Assembly: GCA_023515725.1 (NCBI GenBank)
Contig: JALDTO010000266.1
Span: 692,708-756,707, forward strand
Source: Amoeboaphelidium protococcarum X5
Taxonomy: Eukaryota; Fungi; Aphelidiomycota
Length of the DNA: 64,000 bases
Direction: 5' to 3'
Shown here: positions 1 to 13,112 of the stretch, in pieces
Layout of the letters: each line of letters begins with the position of its first letter
Position numbering within the stretch: position 1 is the stretch's first letter
Program-made: the position numbers and the translations under genes
The notes under the pieces: generated by a model
What the model saw: the letters and a program-made list of their open reading frames with translations, nothing else
What the model was told of the DNA's origin: nothing
The model's database searches: none

Positions 1-2097
1 TCCACCACGCCCATTTCAACATCAGTGGTATTGCGCATCATAAAATTACCATGATGCTCCACTGCTCGCAATCCATTTCCACATCTGACTCTGAGAATAC
101 AGTCATATCCAAATTGCCTGGTAACGATTCTACGTAACTCCTCTGCAAATCGGTATCCATCACGAGCGTAATTGAAATTCACATACATGTACGTATTCCC
201 ACCACTGATTGAACTCAATGGGCCAATAGTGGCAACATCAATGTACTGCTGTGGAAATAGAAACAGATCAACACCTACACCACAACCGACTGCCTTCTCT
301 GCCAACTTGACGTAAAAATCATTCTATGGAGCAAACAAAGTCTTCTCCTTGTCAGTATTGAATAGCTTTGGATCTTCTCTGCTAGTCAGTGATCCAGATC
401 CAAAGTTTGGCAAAGATGATTATAACACCACGATCCTCCCGCCAGTCTTAGCAAGACCTGACAGCACAGCATCGACAGCTGAACCAAAACAAGTCTCAGG
501 AGTGCGCGCACTAGAGAAAAGCTTAGGGAACTGCTTCAGTACAGATTCAATCTATTCTCGACACTCGACCGGATTAACCAGGAAACCATCCTCAATCGGC
601 ACAAATCCATCCTCCAAATCATTCATAGTCATCAGCTCTGGATTAAGTTTTTGGGAGTTCAAGTTAAAAAAGTGGACCGCTCTATCAAATGCCACTATTC
701 CAATCTTACACAAAACTTCTCCCTCATCATTCTCAGGGAACAGATCCAGAATTTCCAGAAGTGTATCCACAGCCAACTGCATCATTCCACTTTGAATCGC
801 ATTAAATGAAACGTCAATAATAAATACAAAGCTGGCAGGTACAGGCTTTCGGAAACAGAATTCTGGTGTCGCCACAAAGTCAACTGTACCATATTGCAAT
901 TCCGGTCTCTGATAATGATCCAGCCTGAGGCCACCCATATCTAGAGCAGAGAAATACTCGGCCGGTACTTCAGTATTACCAAACTCACAAATGTTGCAAT
1001 ACAATTTACGTCCACCATCGACAAAGCGCATAAATGGATTCACATATGCCTTACACCTATTGCATCTAACAGGACCTTGAGGACCCATATCAACAACCGG
1101 CACAGGTGGTTCATTGGATGGCATATGAGCCATTGGCTAAATAACTAGACCGAAAGGAATTTTACTCAAATTCGAAACCTCTGAAGTTCCAGGCACATTG
1201 TAAGTGGTGGCTCTAATAAATCTAGGAGCCGCGTTACCATCATCAACACATAGAAAGTCTGTACTGGCCAGTGGAGGCAATTACTTAGAATTTGTTCGAT
1301 ACTCATGATTATCCCATAGCTCTTAGTCTTGACGCTACACTTCCACCACCGAGGGAATCTAATCTGGATTTATTTTCTATCTCTACTACTCCATGAACTA
1401 CGACTAAGACTACTATAATGGTTAAGGTGGAAATTAAGGAGGCATTGGTTACTACTACTAAAATTAAGGCTGCTACTAGGGAAACTACTACTACTACTAT
1501 TGACTTTACATTGGAGGACCAGGCTAAGGTTATTAAAACTACTGTAACGGAGGTGGTTGCATCGGGGCTCTCTATTACGGGTACTACGGTTATTACTACA
1601 ATGACTGTTACTATTACGGAAACTGCATCTGAGGCTATCTCTGCATGTTAGGACTCATCTAATTGCTAAAGCCATTAGGAGGAGTACCAGGACCGGTAGA
1701 GGAGACTGGAGGCATAGATGGCGATGGTTACTACTGCTATCCTGGATAGACTCTTCTTGAAGAACTTGTACTGCCGGCAGGACTAACTCTATTGACAGAC
1801 GGACGCATCATCTACGGCGATCCATTCAATTGCATCTACTACATTCCATTAGCCAATTATCCAGCCATATTGCCACTACAAAAACAAAAGGTATTATCAA
1901 AATGTTATTCCTGCTGATTAGATGTTATAAACTTACTTTTACTATGGCATAGCAGGCCTCATTTATTATCCCTAATGTTACTACTAAGGCAAAGGCGGTC
2001 TGAACTGTTAACCATTAAGCGGCGGTCTCTGATCCATCTACGGTCTTAACTATCCTTAGGGCAACTACTACGGCTATTAAGGTGGTCTCTACTGCAT
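1..2097 (-). CDS. SEC24: COPII cargo adaptor Sec24 (SEC24C/D / Sfb3-like), 3'-partial; one intron 1876..1936
   Basis: ATG 2097 (MQQRPPQQP...), Gln/Pro-rich N-terminus; zinc finger RCNRCKAYVNPF...CNIC, RPELQYGTVDF, trunk FVFIIDVS; continuous only with TAA/TAG=Gln; intron removal restores frame. Confidence 0.93.
1876..1936 (-). other. Spliceosomal intron (61 nt, GTAAGT...TGTAG, phase 2)
   Basis: Canonical donor/acceptor with T-rich tract; splicing joins ATG 2097 in frame to the Sec24 body. Confidence 0.8.
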
Positions 2098-2141
2098 ATT
2101 TATTATATTTTCTACACACTAACACAAAGACTCTACCAAAG

Positions 2142-2171
2142 CAGTACAGTACAGTACAGTACAGTGCAGTA
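2142..2171 (+). repeat. (CAGTA)n pentanucleotide microsatellite, about 6 units, upstream of SEC24
   Basis: cagta x4, cagtg, cagta read directly. Confidence 0.7.
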
Positions 2172-2502
2172 ATTGTAACTTGTAAGAGTAAAGTGTGACT
2201 GTCGAGAAGGAAGAAATCCTCAGAGACCGATTGAACGTAAAGACGAAGAACTGTCAAGGCAAGGAACGGGCGGGCGTGTTTCAACGGAGGCGGCCTATTA
2301 TGTAAGTACAGTACTGTATAGCGTCAAGAATCTCACACTCTTAGGATGATGGTGATGTCTCTTGAGCGTACATTCTTACCGTAGTTTAAATTAGTTGACA
2401 ATGAGCTACTGTGTAAACATAAAATTGACACTAGTATTTGGCGCGAAAACTGGAGTATACTAATTTTTCAAGCTTATTTTAATCAATCAACATCACATCA
2501 AT

Positions 2503-5500
2503 TCATTCAAAAAAACGCATTAACTCAAAAGCATGAGGCCTTAGAGTTGGATCCTATTCCCATGCAACATCGATGATCTGCAGCAAATTTTAACAGCGAG
2601 GCTCATTGAAGAACTGATTGTCGCTAGATGGGCGTAGACCTTACTAAACGTTAACAATCACATCTTCTGGTCGCAACTGATGCCATGCTTTGGTACGCGT
2701 CAAGATCTCATTCATTACAATGGCGACAGAGTAAATGTCACGCTTAAACCACAATTCCGTCGGCACCGTGTACTTGGTCAAAACCTCTGGTGCAGCATAT
2801 CGAACAGTGGCGCCATTGATACTATTCCATTACAGACCAGTCACTGCTTTTGAGCTATCAACAATTGTACACACACCAAAATCAGTCAAACACAATCTCA
2901 GCCTACCATCGCGCTACTCCATTAGATAGTTTGCAGATTTTATATCATTATGAACCACAGAAGACAAGTGCAGGACATTAATACCTGCCACAGCATCATT
3001 ACACAATTGAAGCACCATATCAAACGTAAGATTAACTCCGATCTCTTCATCAATCAGCCTTTGCAGTGCACCAAGTTCAAAGTATGGCAATATCAATACC
3101 ATGGTCTGATGATCAAAGGCAGCCAATTTAGCCACGTATTCACTCTGGTGGAACTTCCACAGAAGGGCCACCTCTTGCATGAACACCTCGTAATTGCTAT
3201 CTTACGTTGAAAACTTACCGACAAATGTACGCATTCCACTACTTCGAATCCAATGACTTTGAGGCACGTTAAACATATCGACAAGAGCTACTAGGCCTTA
3301 GCTACCTTTAGATAATACTTTGTCATCAATACGGCGGAAATTGATACCTTCTTTCAACTCCATAAAAGCAGGGATAGCGATCTCCATTGCAGTATTCATC
3401 ATTGTTGTTGCATTTAATACTGACGACATTGAGGTGATGTTGGTGCCTTAAAGGGGCATCACATTAGCGACAGAAGTCGTAATTGAAGAGTAAGTCGCGT
3501 TAGTTGGACGCATAGTAGCCTTACTCTTATTTACTCTTAATCTGCGCAGGAAGAGCCACGTTGCAATTATAAAGCAGATGGCAAATGACAATAGCACTGA
3601 AGAGACGATTGCGCTAAGACTAACAGATTAAGATCCAGCTGTAGTACCACTACCAACACCACTGATGGAAAAGGAATCATCTGCAGCAGAAAAGGTGAAC
3701 TTTCTACTAAGACTGCCTGCAGAGAATTAAAAGAATGCTTACGTACCGCTTAAAGAAGATGTACGACCTGAGCCATGAGTCAACTGACTTGACGAAGATG
3801 CGACAACCATTACGGAAGTAACTTAGCTTATAGCACCAGAAGCCGCAGAAGAGACAGAGTTTGTCGATACAATGAATTAGGAGCTTGCAGTTTGAAGAGT
3901 TAAATTCGGTGCCATACCAGATGACACGGAGTTTAAGCCTATTACCATCACATCACTAGTAAAAGTAGTGGTAGGGGTCGTAGTAGTGGTTGTTGTTGTC
4001 TTAGGAGTCGTGCTTGTTGTTGTTGTTGTTGTGCTGGTGGTAGATGTTGAGGTAGTAGTCGTAGTAGTAGTCGTAGTACTTGAAGTACTTGAAGTAGTTG
4101 TAGTAGTAGTCGTAGTACTTGAAGTAGTCGTAGTAGTCGTCGTAGTACTTGAAGTAGTCGTAGTAGTCGTCGTAGTACTTGTAGTGGTAGTTGGGGTAGT
4201 AGTTGTAGTCGTAGGAGTGGTAGTAGTTGTAGTCGTAGGAGTGGTAGTTGTGGTAGTTGTGGTAGTAGTTGTAGTCGTAGGAGTAGTAGCAATGGCAATG
4301 CAGGTGGTGCTTGGAGTTCCAGGCAAATATTTCACAATGAAGACCTAATTAGAGTCGGTGTACGTCCTGCTGTAACATATTAAACCATCAGTGTTTGCGA
4401 ATTCAGCAAAGTCATTACTTGGCAAAAACCCTGACAAGTAAGCAGCACCAGTAGAATCAAATCCGGATGCTACAGCCCGCATTTGGCTGGAGATAAACGT
4501 CGGTACAAGGGAAGACGGCTGCACTAAACCATTCAAATCGACAAGCACCAATGCTCCTCCGTTGCTTTGCACCATTGGAGAGACACCATATGTGGCCTGA
4601 GAGGAATCTCGAACTTAAATAAGTCCAGAGCCTGCACCAATCGAATAGCTCAGCAATCCAGAGGGACTTATCCATAATTCATCAAATGCATTAGTCTAAG
4701 TACCAGGCCACGTGAACTAGTTTAACCATAAATAAGCTCCTGTAGATGAAAATTTAACTACAAAGCACGGCAAATTCAGTGGGAGAGTTGCTTATATACC
4801 AGTGCCATCAGCTCCCTAAATGCTTAAAGAAAAAGCACCATATGTACACTTCACATATAGGCTAGACGATGTGTCAAATACAAGTCCTGCAACTCCTGTA
4901 CTTGATCCGGATCCATACCAAAAAAAGGTATTTAACATGGTTCCACTCGAGTCATACACAACGGCAAAGGAACAACCTTTACCGGGCAAGTCCATAGATT
5001 ATGTTTTGACAAGCTGATCTTGAAGATTATAAACTTAGAGCAATGAATCACAGAAAATGTTACCTCCAACTGCAACTCTACCATCAACGCTGCTGACAGC
5101 AGAGGCTTGAGGAACGAAGCTCGATAGGGCCGAGTTTTGTAACTTTGCAACCCATGCTACTGTTCCATCACGTTTTAGCTTGACGGCATACATTATATTG
5201 TACAATCCCGGTGAAGAGCGAGAAACCTAGACATTATTGGAGCCTGTCATGGCAAAATTTGCCCCAGACTGCACATTAAAAGCGATTTCACCACTGCTTG
5301 CCACATACCCTCCACCAGGATAGCTAGAGCCCGCGCTCGTAGACTGAGCCACCCATTAAAAGGTACCACCATTCGACCAGCTAATTACAAACATACCGCC
5401 ATCGCCGGAAACGGGGGTAATTGTACGCGTTATTGAGCCCGATGCAGAATAAACCTGTGTCTGCTGTTAGATCCAACCATAACATACAGTGCTACCAAAA

Positions 5501-5817
5501 GAATCTCCGCCCACGTTGATTAGATAAATATTGCCCTAAAGTGCAGCATGCCACCACATGGTGCCATTTGGGAAGAATTTCACAACAAAGCCGCGAGTAC
5601 CAGAGCCAGGCAGAGTAATTGTGGCCTACACGCCGCCATTTACTCCAAAAACCTTTATGCTGGGGTCGGAAGTATGACCAGCCATCAGCATGTTGCCAAG
5701 AGGATCAACTGCAGAATTAGCAATAGTCATCGAGGAGGCGCCAATGCTGACTATGCGATCGACATAATAAGCTTTTATCACCAGTAGCAGGCTTAACAAA
5801 ACAAGCCACGCCATCAT
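2503..5817 (-). CDS. Receptor-like protein kinase, about 1104 aa: signal peptide, beta-rich ectodomain, Thr/Ser stalk, single TM, TKL-like kinase
   Basis: MMAWLVLLSLLLVIKA signal; poly-Thr 3968-4290; TM AIVSSVLLSFAICFIIATWLFL-RR (~3547-3615); kinase motifs SKGSQG, FVGK, HNDIKSAN, TDFG, RYAAPE, DIYS; track ORFs 5626, 4345, 3877 and 2914 are co-framed; ends ...LMRFFE-TGA. Confidence 0.9.
3968..4290 (-). repeat. ACN codon-repeat tract encoding a mucin-like Thr-rich stalk
   Basis: Repeated ACT/ACG/ACA units, including near-identical TCAAGTACTACGACGACTACTACGACTACT blocks. Confidence 0.85.
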
Positions 5818-6763
5818 TATGCAAAATTTCTTTAAGGAAATTCAATAAGTATCACTCAAGAGTAAGTGTGATAAGTAGAATGGAGTAATGCAATTTAATG
5901 GGAGTGCTATTTTTAGAGCGCAACTGTGGCAACGGTAACAATCATCATTTATGCAGCAAAGCATGACTACCGGAACGCAAGGAGTTCACGGTTAATCATA
6001 TCGTATTTTATGTTCAGTTTTCAACAGATATTGAATTAGATTCGGTTGATATTTAAACAAAATCAGGGCTAATTGCAAAGCATACTAGGGAGCATAATGA
6101 AAAGTCCCATGGGCATCGTTACGATGGTTCATAGGCGCGATTTGTGAGAGTGTACTGAAACGGATCGTCTAAGGTTGAAATATCATGATTATGAGTGAAT
6201 GATCTCAAAGGTGTTATCTCTTCACCTTTGAGGATAAAATACAATATCTAGCAGATACTGACCTTTTATTTATTCTTGCACGATTAACGCTAGACAGCGT
6301 TATGAAATAGCATGCTGGTACCAAGCAACTTTCCACGTTTAAGACCTCAAGAAATTTTTTTTGCTGGTAGTCACGCCCATATCTTACAATAGATAGCACG
6401 AGCAGAGTAGGATGTGTGCAGCTGGTATGTTGTCGAGCGCAAATGGCTCTGAGAGAGAGAGATCGAACGTCTATAAAATACTGTACGCATATCATATACA
6501 GCAGGAATTAAAACTTGATCATTAATACAGGACTACTTGGCTTTCCCTTAAAACAAAAAATATTAATAAAATTTTAGTTGAAGGATGATCAGACTTACGA
6601 TAATCCACATTCAGTGTCATATCAAACTTAATAATGCAAAGATACATCAACTTGCTCCCGTTTTTGCGCGTACAATCCAGGGGTAATCTACATACCATTT
6701 TCAATTTTTTTTTAATGAGACTCTGTTGATATCTTCTCACGGTATAAGCAAAATTACACCTAA

Positions 6764-7834
6764 ATGGAGATCGCTATTAATTAATTGCACATACTGTTTG
6801 TGATATTGTTACTACTTCAGTGTTCGGTGAACGTCGATGCTGTAACGGTACAAAGAGCCAGTCATCTATTAGCCCATTCTCGGTTTAGCTCGTAACCGAT
6901 GTAGATTAGACCAATTCGAGGAGTGGTCAGAAACGGCGTTGGAGTCAGAGCAACTGCATAGCCTGATATTCACGTCAGTAAATCTATAAAGGAAATCGAT
7001 ACAGCCGTTAAGTTGTTATTTCGCGGACGCCAAGACATTGGGAACTCTGCATCTGGTGAGCCACTGACTACTTTAAAGTCACCGCGGGAAAATTCCGAGC
7101 TGTTGGCAAAATCTGCAAATGCGGTATTTGATCAAGATACGCTGGAATTGCTGATACAAAAGCTTATATTTTAGACAGAAGATCTGGCAGCTACCACTAC
7201 AATGGGTGTAGTGAGTAAAGAGCAGCTGAAATTAATACTGAACAATTAGCGCTCAGTCGCAGTTATTAACGCATTTTCATTGCTGGAGATTCATTTGAAC
7301 AATATCGTGTTAAATGACTATACTAGCTTCGCCTATCTAATCCGCTTACAGTATTCTTTTATTGACTGCCTTCCTATTGACCCAAAAGTAAGTCCCGAGC
7401 AAGATTAAAATCTGCGTCTCGCTCTAACTCGCCATATTGGAAAGCGATTGCGAGAGCGACTGTCAATTTGGGTTCAAGGAGATTTGGGGTATCCTGAACG
7501 CGCGTATCTGTTCATTATTGAGGCCTTTAAACAACCAAAAGATGCAAAGCAGCCGAAGGTTAACTATTTCATTGACATTGTGATGGATCAAGTCTCTATG
7601 GTCTCTGTTGATCTTTTGTACGCTGGTGAATGGTTACGTTTCAAACGGTTAATGATTGCATTGTATACCACCCCGGCTCACTTATTGCTGGATCTTTCAA
7701 TAAGTTAGGTGGGGATGGCTGTCTTTAGCTGGTTCTATGATGGACCAAATGGATAGAGATTGTCACTGCCTGCACCATAGTTCAACAGGCACTATCAGCT
7801 CTTGAAAAATTTATAGAACAACGATTTGCTCTGA
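6764..7834 (+). CDS. Secreted hypothetical protein A (356 aa), paralogue of next gene
   Basis: MEIAINQLHILFVILLLLQCSVNVDA signal-like N-terminus; open to TGA 7832 with TAR=Gln; shares motifs with 8135..9244. Confidence 0.8.
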
Positions 7835-8134
7835 CCCAAGGTCGCCAAGAGCATCATCAGCATTGTTTGAGTTATGATTAGATTGATATAGTTAAAATGC
7901 ACAACAGTCCTATTTATATTAGCTTAATATTATGATTTCATTTTCTATTTACATTCTAGAATAATTTCATATTCTGTGCATATCCCAACCATGTCAGTGA
8001 GATCCCGCTATGTACCATATGTAGTCAAATATTCCGTACCAATAGTGCCCCTTGATCAAGCGCGACGATCATTGATGTTTCCCATCTCCTTCCCATGGGC
8101 AATGCACTATCATATTCACTACTAAATTAATGAA

Positions 8135-9244
8135 ATGCTGATGTTTTGCTGTGTAATCACGCTATTGATTGTCTGCGCTCATGGCATGAATATTGGTCTG
8201 CCCTAATATCGCTCACTCGCGTCATCTCGTCCGCTGTATTCTCCTGCTCTCAAGGCTGGTCCTAGTAGATCAACTCTACCCGATAGAAGCAGAAATAGAT
8301 AAGCTGCTGCTCCACGGGCTTTTATGGATCCGCATTACATCTTAAGAAGGGCTTAATAAGACGCGAATTCTCTGCTTTCCGCGGCGCATGGTAAATGGAG
8401 AGACTTCAGACGTGAGAAGTCGTATGCTTCTGAGAAGTCGTATGCTTCTGAGAAGCTTTACAAATCCATGAAGTCTTAAAGCGATCCTTGGACGTTGGCA
8501 GAAGATGCTGAGCGCTTGTTTTAATTTGAAGCTGTCGAATCTTTTATTGCGCTATTGTAATAAAGAGTAGCTCTGAGTGATGACGATCATTTGCCAATTC
8601 TAAAGCAGTATTTCGGTGAACACGTTTTGAAGTTTCTAGTGTCAGCGAGGGCAAAGGCCATTCTAAATGCATTTGCTGACATTGAGCAGCGGAGAAATTT
8701 GCTTAGGATAGAGGATTGCATTCCATAGGTTCAACTCATTCGTATGTAGTATCTTCTGTTTAAGGAACTTCCATTTATTAATTAGATTTCCGCTGCAGAT
8801 TAATTTAACATTCGACAGACCATCTAATAGTACATCTCAAATAGTATCCTATTACTCTTCAACTAATGGCTGTATAGTTAACGCGTTTCCGTTTAAGCAA
8901 CTCTATCGAGCAGAGGTGTCAGTATGATTGGTAAGTTCCTGGAATAAGCTTTTGAAATGCCTTCATTGACGCGTGATGAAAACTATCACTCATTCGCAGA
9001 TTTTGTGTTGCAGGAGGTGTCTACTTTAATGGTTTATCTGCTCGAAACTGGAGATAAGCTCACATTTTAGTAGCTGCGCAGAAAGCTTTACTCTGGGAAG
9101 ATTGCCCTATTGCTTTCTGCTGATAATGAAGAAAGTGGACTTAGGTATAAATGGATTTACAATGGCTTCATTGGACGGCCGCAGATATTCCGTGTGGATG
9201 CTTTCAATTAGTACCACAAAGCTATAGGCGAATCACCAATATGA
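8135..9244 (+). CDS. Secreted hypothetical protein B (369 aa), paralogue of previous gene
   Basis: MLMFCCVITLLIVCAHG signal-like N-terminus; open to TGA 9242 with TAR=Gln; absent from the standard-code ORF track. Confidence 0.8.
8413..8455 (+). repeat. In-frame 18-bp tandem duplication (EKSYAS x2)
   Basis: TGAGAAGTCGTATGCTTC twice followed by TGAGAAG. Confidence 0.85.
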
Positions 9245-9294
9245 ATTTCAAATATTAATGATTTATCAATTGAAGTAGTATTTAATTATTGTAT

Positions 9295-10416
9295 TCATTA
9301 TTGATCACCAGTCTGTTACAAAGTACTGCGCTTCTTTGCTTTGCCACGTTTTATATCATCATTACTCTACAACGTGTGGACATCCAAACAGGTAATTCTA
9401 CTACCAATAGATATTCTGGCAAGAGAACTAGACTCTTGTGCATCAAGACTGATTATGTCATAAAGATTCCATACAGATATTTCACCCTGAGAGTCTCCAG
9501 TAATAAGGTACTATTTATTATCACCTGCACTGTGCACTTTAAGAGACTTGACGCGACAATCATGCAAATTCACAGCTTTCATACAAAGAATACGACCGTC
9601 TTCATCAGCATCGTCCACATTCCATACTCTCACACACCCATCCTCATGACTACTGATAATAAATTCCTATTGCGTATCTTAACTGACCACAAAAGCAAAG
9701 TCAAGTATCTTCTCACCAAAGCTCTCCGCGTAACATACGCGAGTCAATCTCGCCACTTGCTTGCTGATAGACGTAATTTCTATACGGTCAGAAAAGAGAA
9801 TACCATACGAAGTACCATCAACATTCCACATAATACGATCAGGATGCTGAGATATAATACGACCGAGTTCCCGCTTCTCTTTGATACTCAGACTGTCCAA
9901 ATCGAGATCAGCACCGAGACGTGAACGCGTACTGTTGGCACATTTTCCAGTCTTAAGATTCCACAGCTTTACGCATTTATCATTAGCTCCAATGGATAGA
10001 GCTACTGAGCCAGACGGGTGTATAGCCACGTCGCTGACTGGTCCCTTATGGCCTTTCAAAGTCTTCAGCAATTCAAAATCCTGCGTGCGATACAACTAGA
10101 TGGTGCCATCAGATGAGGCAGATATCATATGAGAATCCTTATAGAATTTAAGAGAATGAATTGAGCCACTATGTGAATGCAAAGATCCCAACTCCTTCTT
10201 CTTCTTCATATTGAACAGTTTAATCACTTCATCACTACTACCACTGGCCAGGAAGTCTCCTCCAATGGCTACAGTTTTCACAGCTCCAATATGCGCGGCA
10301 AACCCGAAACTCATCTCCATATCAAGCGAATTATCGACATTATCCTAAGATATCTGGGTGTCAATACCAACCAGAAGTTTTTCATACGTGCCAGCAACAA
10401 TATTAAATTGAGTCAT
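9295..10416 (-). CDS. MAK11: WD40 60S-biogenesis factor Mak11/PAK1IP1 (373 aa)
   Basis: N-terminal IVAGTYEK, FAAHIGAVK, LASGSSDEVIKLF...ELGSL, LKGHKGPVSDVAIHPSG, GSRITCL. Confidence 0.9.
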
Positions 10417-10657
10417 ATCGAATTTACTACTATTATTATTAATATGGACCGAGTTTAATATCAGATTCGAAAGATTTGATCTTTTTTCAACGAGACGGGG
10501 AGTCGCAGTGTTCACCCAGTACACCTAGATTAAAAATATTTTTTTACAAAAATCTTATTGAAAGTATTAATTCTTATTTATTCAAAATTTCGATTCAAAA
10601 TTCATTATCACATTACCTCTTCCCTTGGTCGAGTGGTCTTATCATTAACACGCGGCA

Positions 10658-11374
10658 TCATTGCTCTTGATGCTGGAACAAAACTGATTGCTTCATCAGA
10701 TCCTTGTGCTCATCAGAGACATTTAAAGCACCATCCTCACACTACACAGTGGTTGGTCTCACAAACACAGAGTTCAATACTTCAGTACTAAAATAGGCAA
10801 AGTAAGACTTATACTCCTTAGTCTCACCATCACGCTTCACCTGACCATAGCTACCCAGCCACTTTTCAGTAGAAGCATCAATCAGTACATAGCTGAAACC
10901 ATCCTTGATTGGATAAGTGTTTTTATATGCCTTTGCAACCTTGCCTCCAAAGAAGTACGTTGCTTCATAGTGGAATGGGCGGTCCACAGGGTCCTTGAAA
11001 CCATTCTTGTAATGAGTACACTTGACGCCATGCTTCTCTTGCTGAGTGTAGACATATAAGTCATTCTCGTACTGCAGGAAGGTAACATTAGCCTCTTTAC
11101 TTACAAATACAACCTTGGCAGTCTTCTGATTCTGATCATAGTACGACTCAGTGTACGCCTTTGTTGTTGGACTAAACTCGATCACCGTGAACTTGTCAGG
11201 AATATCAACATAGCCTTCATCATCAGTGGTACGCATTTGACTACCATCGCCATTTGCATTGGAAAACTTGACTGCAGACAGGTCCATGCCAGTCAAATCG
11301 CGGATCCATTCAGTGGATAGAGGAGATGCACTTGCAACAGCTGCAGCGACTGCTATTAAGGTAAAGACTTTCAT
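10658..11374 (-). CDS. Secreted protein (238 aa), possibly ependymin-related/LolA-like fold
   Basis: Signal peptide MKVFTLIAVAAAVASA; track ORF extends through TAG to TGA 10658; YYD motif, internal Cys and C-terminal VFVRPTTVQC. Confidence 0.75.
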
Positions 11375-11732
11375 TATTATTATTATTATAAGCCAGATGT
11401 TGTTTTATAGTGGTTGAAGCACTGGAGGATTAAGATTGAGAACGACAAGTATGAGATTTTATACCAGGATGTTGCGTCATATGTGTCATCATCATCATAT
11501 GTTGTTCACATTATGAATCACAATCATACTATCATTCAGGTGTTTGCATCAGAACACGCGTGCTATAAAGTCTCGCGTCATAAAGCGATTTAGATTCAAC
11601 ATAGCCGTATCTGATACTTTGAATCCATAAAAATGAAAAGAGCAGGAAGCAGCTTAAAATGCACATGTCAATATAATCAAACTTTATTAAAGGTCGGCAA
11701 TCAATCAATCAGTTAATCAATCGCACATCGAA

Positions 11733-13112
11733 TCAGATTTACTTGTTCTGTGACTTTGGCGGACACTTGCCGGAGTAGTCCAACATCCAGGCGCCAATTT
11801 ATCTAATTTCATTCATTTTATCAAATTCAGACTCATAATTTCCGTGATAGGCCACTACTGTCTTTGCTGGTCCTTTAGACTGATGATTCAATTTTAATGA
11901 CTCCCCGTTGAGGCTCTAATTTCTATATTGCACAAACTCCAGTGCTGATGGGAACTCGCCGTCAATGTGTCGTTACTTCACAATGGCTCCATTAGTAAAT
12001 TGCATCTGGTCAAGGACGCGAACTTTCAACACTTCTTTAAAGTTTATAGTGTGATTTTAATAAGCAAACTTCTACACCCACAGCGGCCATACGTGATAGT
12101 TGAATGAGTACATGGTCTCTTTATCACAATACTCCGGCGGCATTCCACTCCATCGAGGAAGACAGCGTGGTAATTTGCCAACCAGTAAAACTTTAGACAC
12201 TCTCCAATTCAAAATATTATCCACCGACCACTGATCATTACCACCTTTCACCTCCACATCGTAGCGCAAAGCTTAGAGGAAGGCAATAGTGTTAGGAGTT
12301 GACCGATAAAGAAACAGGCCACCACAAATCTTGGGAACTGTTTACTCACCTTCAAAGGGATCCACTTATTACCAATAGAATCGCCGAGCATCAGAAGAGT
12401 AAACCATATCAGGTGGAGAGCTTATAGCCGCCCGCTGTAAGAGATCAACTCTCTGCCATGGACTCTTGGCAGCTGATAATAACTGCGTATCAAATCGACC
12501 AAACTTTTTATATCCGCGGTAATCATCTACTCCAAGACCAAGATTATCCACCACCCATGGCCATGGGTCTCTATAAAATACAATGTCAGCATCAACAAAA
12601 AAAAAGTTCAGTCGCATCAGCTTCACAATCTTTAGGAAGAACCTGGGACGATAAACCATCATATTCTCTTTTGTAACTGCTCCAAAGTCCGCCACCTCAC
12701 GGTCATGAACAACAGCAAATCTTCGATCTTCAACCGCTTATAATCGCCGGTAAGTATCTTCATCATATGCCCACACCACGACTCTATCAATCAAACTCTC
12801 GTTAATCCTGCGCAGGGAGCAGAGCATGTTATTTAAATACTTTGTGCCGCCGCCAATCTGAACAATCATCACTGTATTATTCACCGCTCGCTCATAGAGC
12901 ATACTGCAATTCATAGAGCACGTCAGAGTCTACAGCGTGTACTCCTAGCTGTACTGAGCATCCATCTCATCAATCGTGAGAGGCTTAGTCTACCGACACT
13001 ATGATAATATCACTGCTACACAAACGCCAATAACCAGAAGCAATCCACAGACTTTTAATAGCCACTTCTTGGGCCAAGGCTAAGACACGGGTTTACTAAG
13101 CTTATCATACAT
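11733..13112 (-). CDS. Type II membrane glycosyltransferase, nucleotide-diphospho-sugar transferase (GT77-like), 459 aa
   Basis: N-terminal TM anchor; FFFVDADIVFYRDPW DxD motif; ICGGLFLYRSTPNTIAFL; NDQ; RVLDQMQFTNG; HGNY...K. Confidence 0.85.

Noticed and set aside
2437-2449. TTTGGCGCGAAAA, a consensus-like E2F site
   Set aside because: Single instance, next to SEC24 and a kinase 3' end rather than a cell-cycle gene; no support
3948-4348. Poly-Val and poly-Leu/Arg ORFs
   Set aside because: Antisense and off-frame shadows of the kinase Thr stalk
9289-9924. 211-aa plus-strand ORF
   Set aside because: Antisense to MAK11, no recognisable motifs
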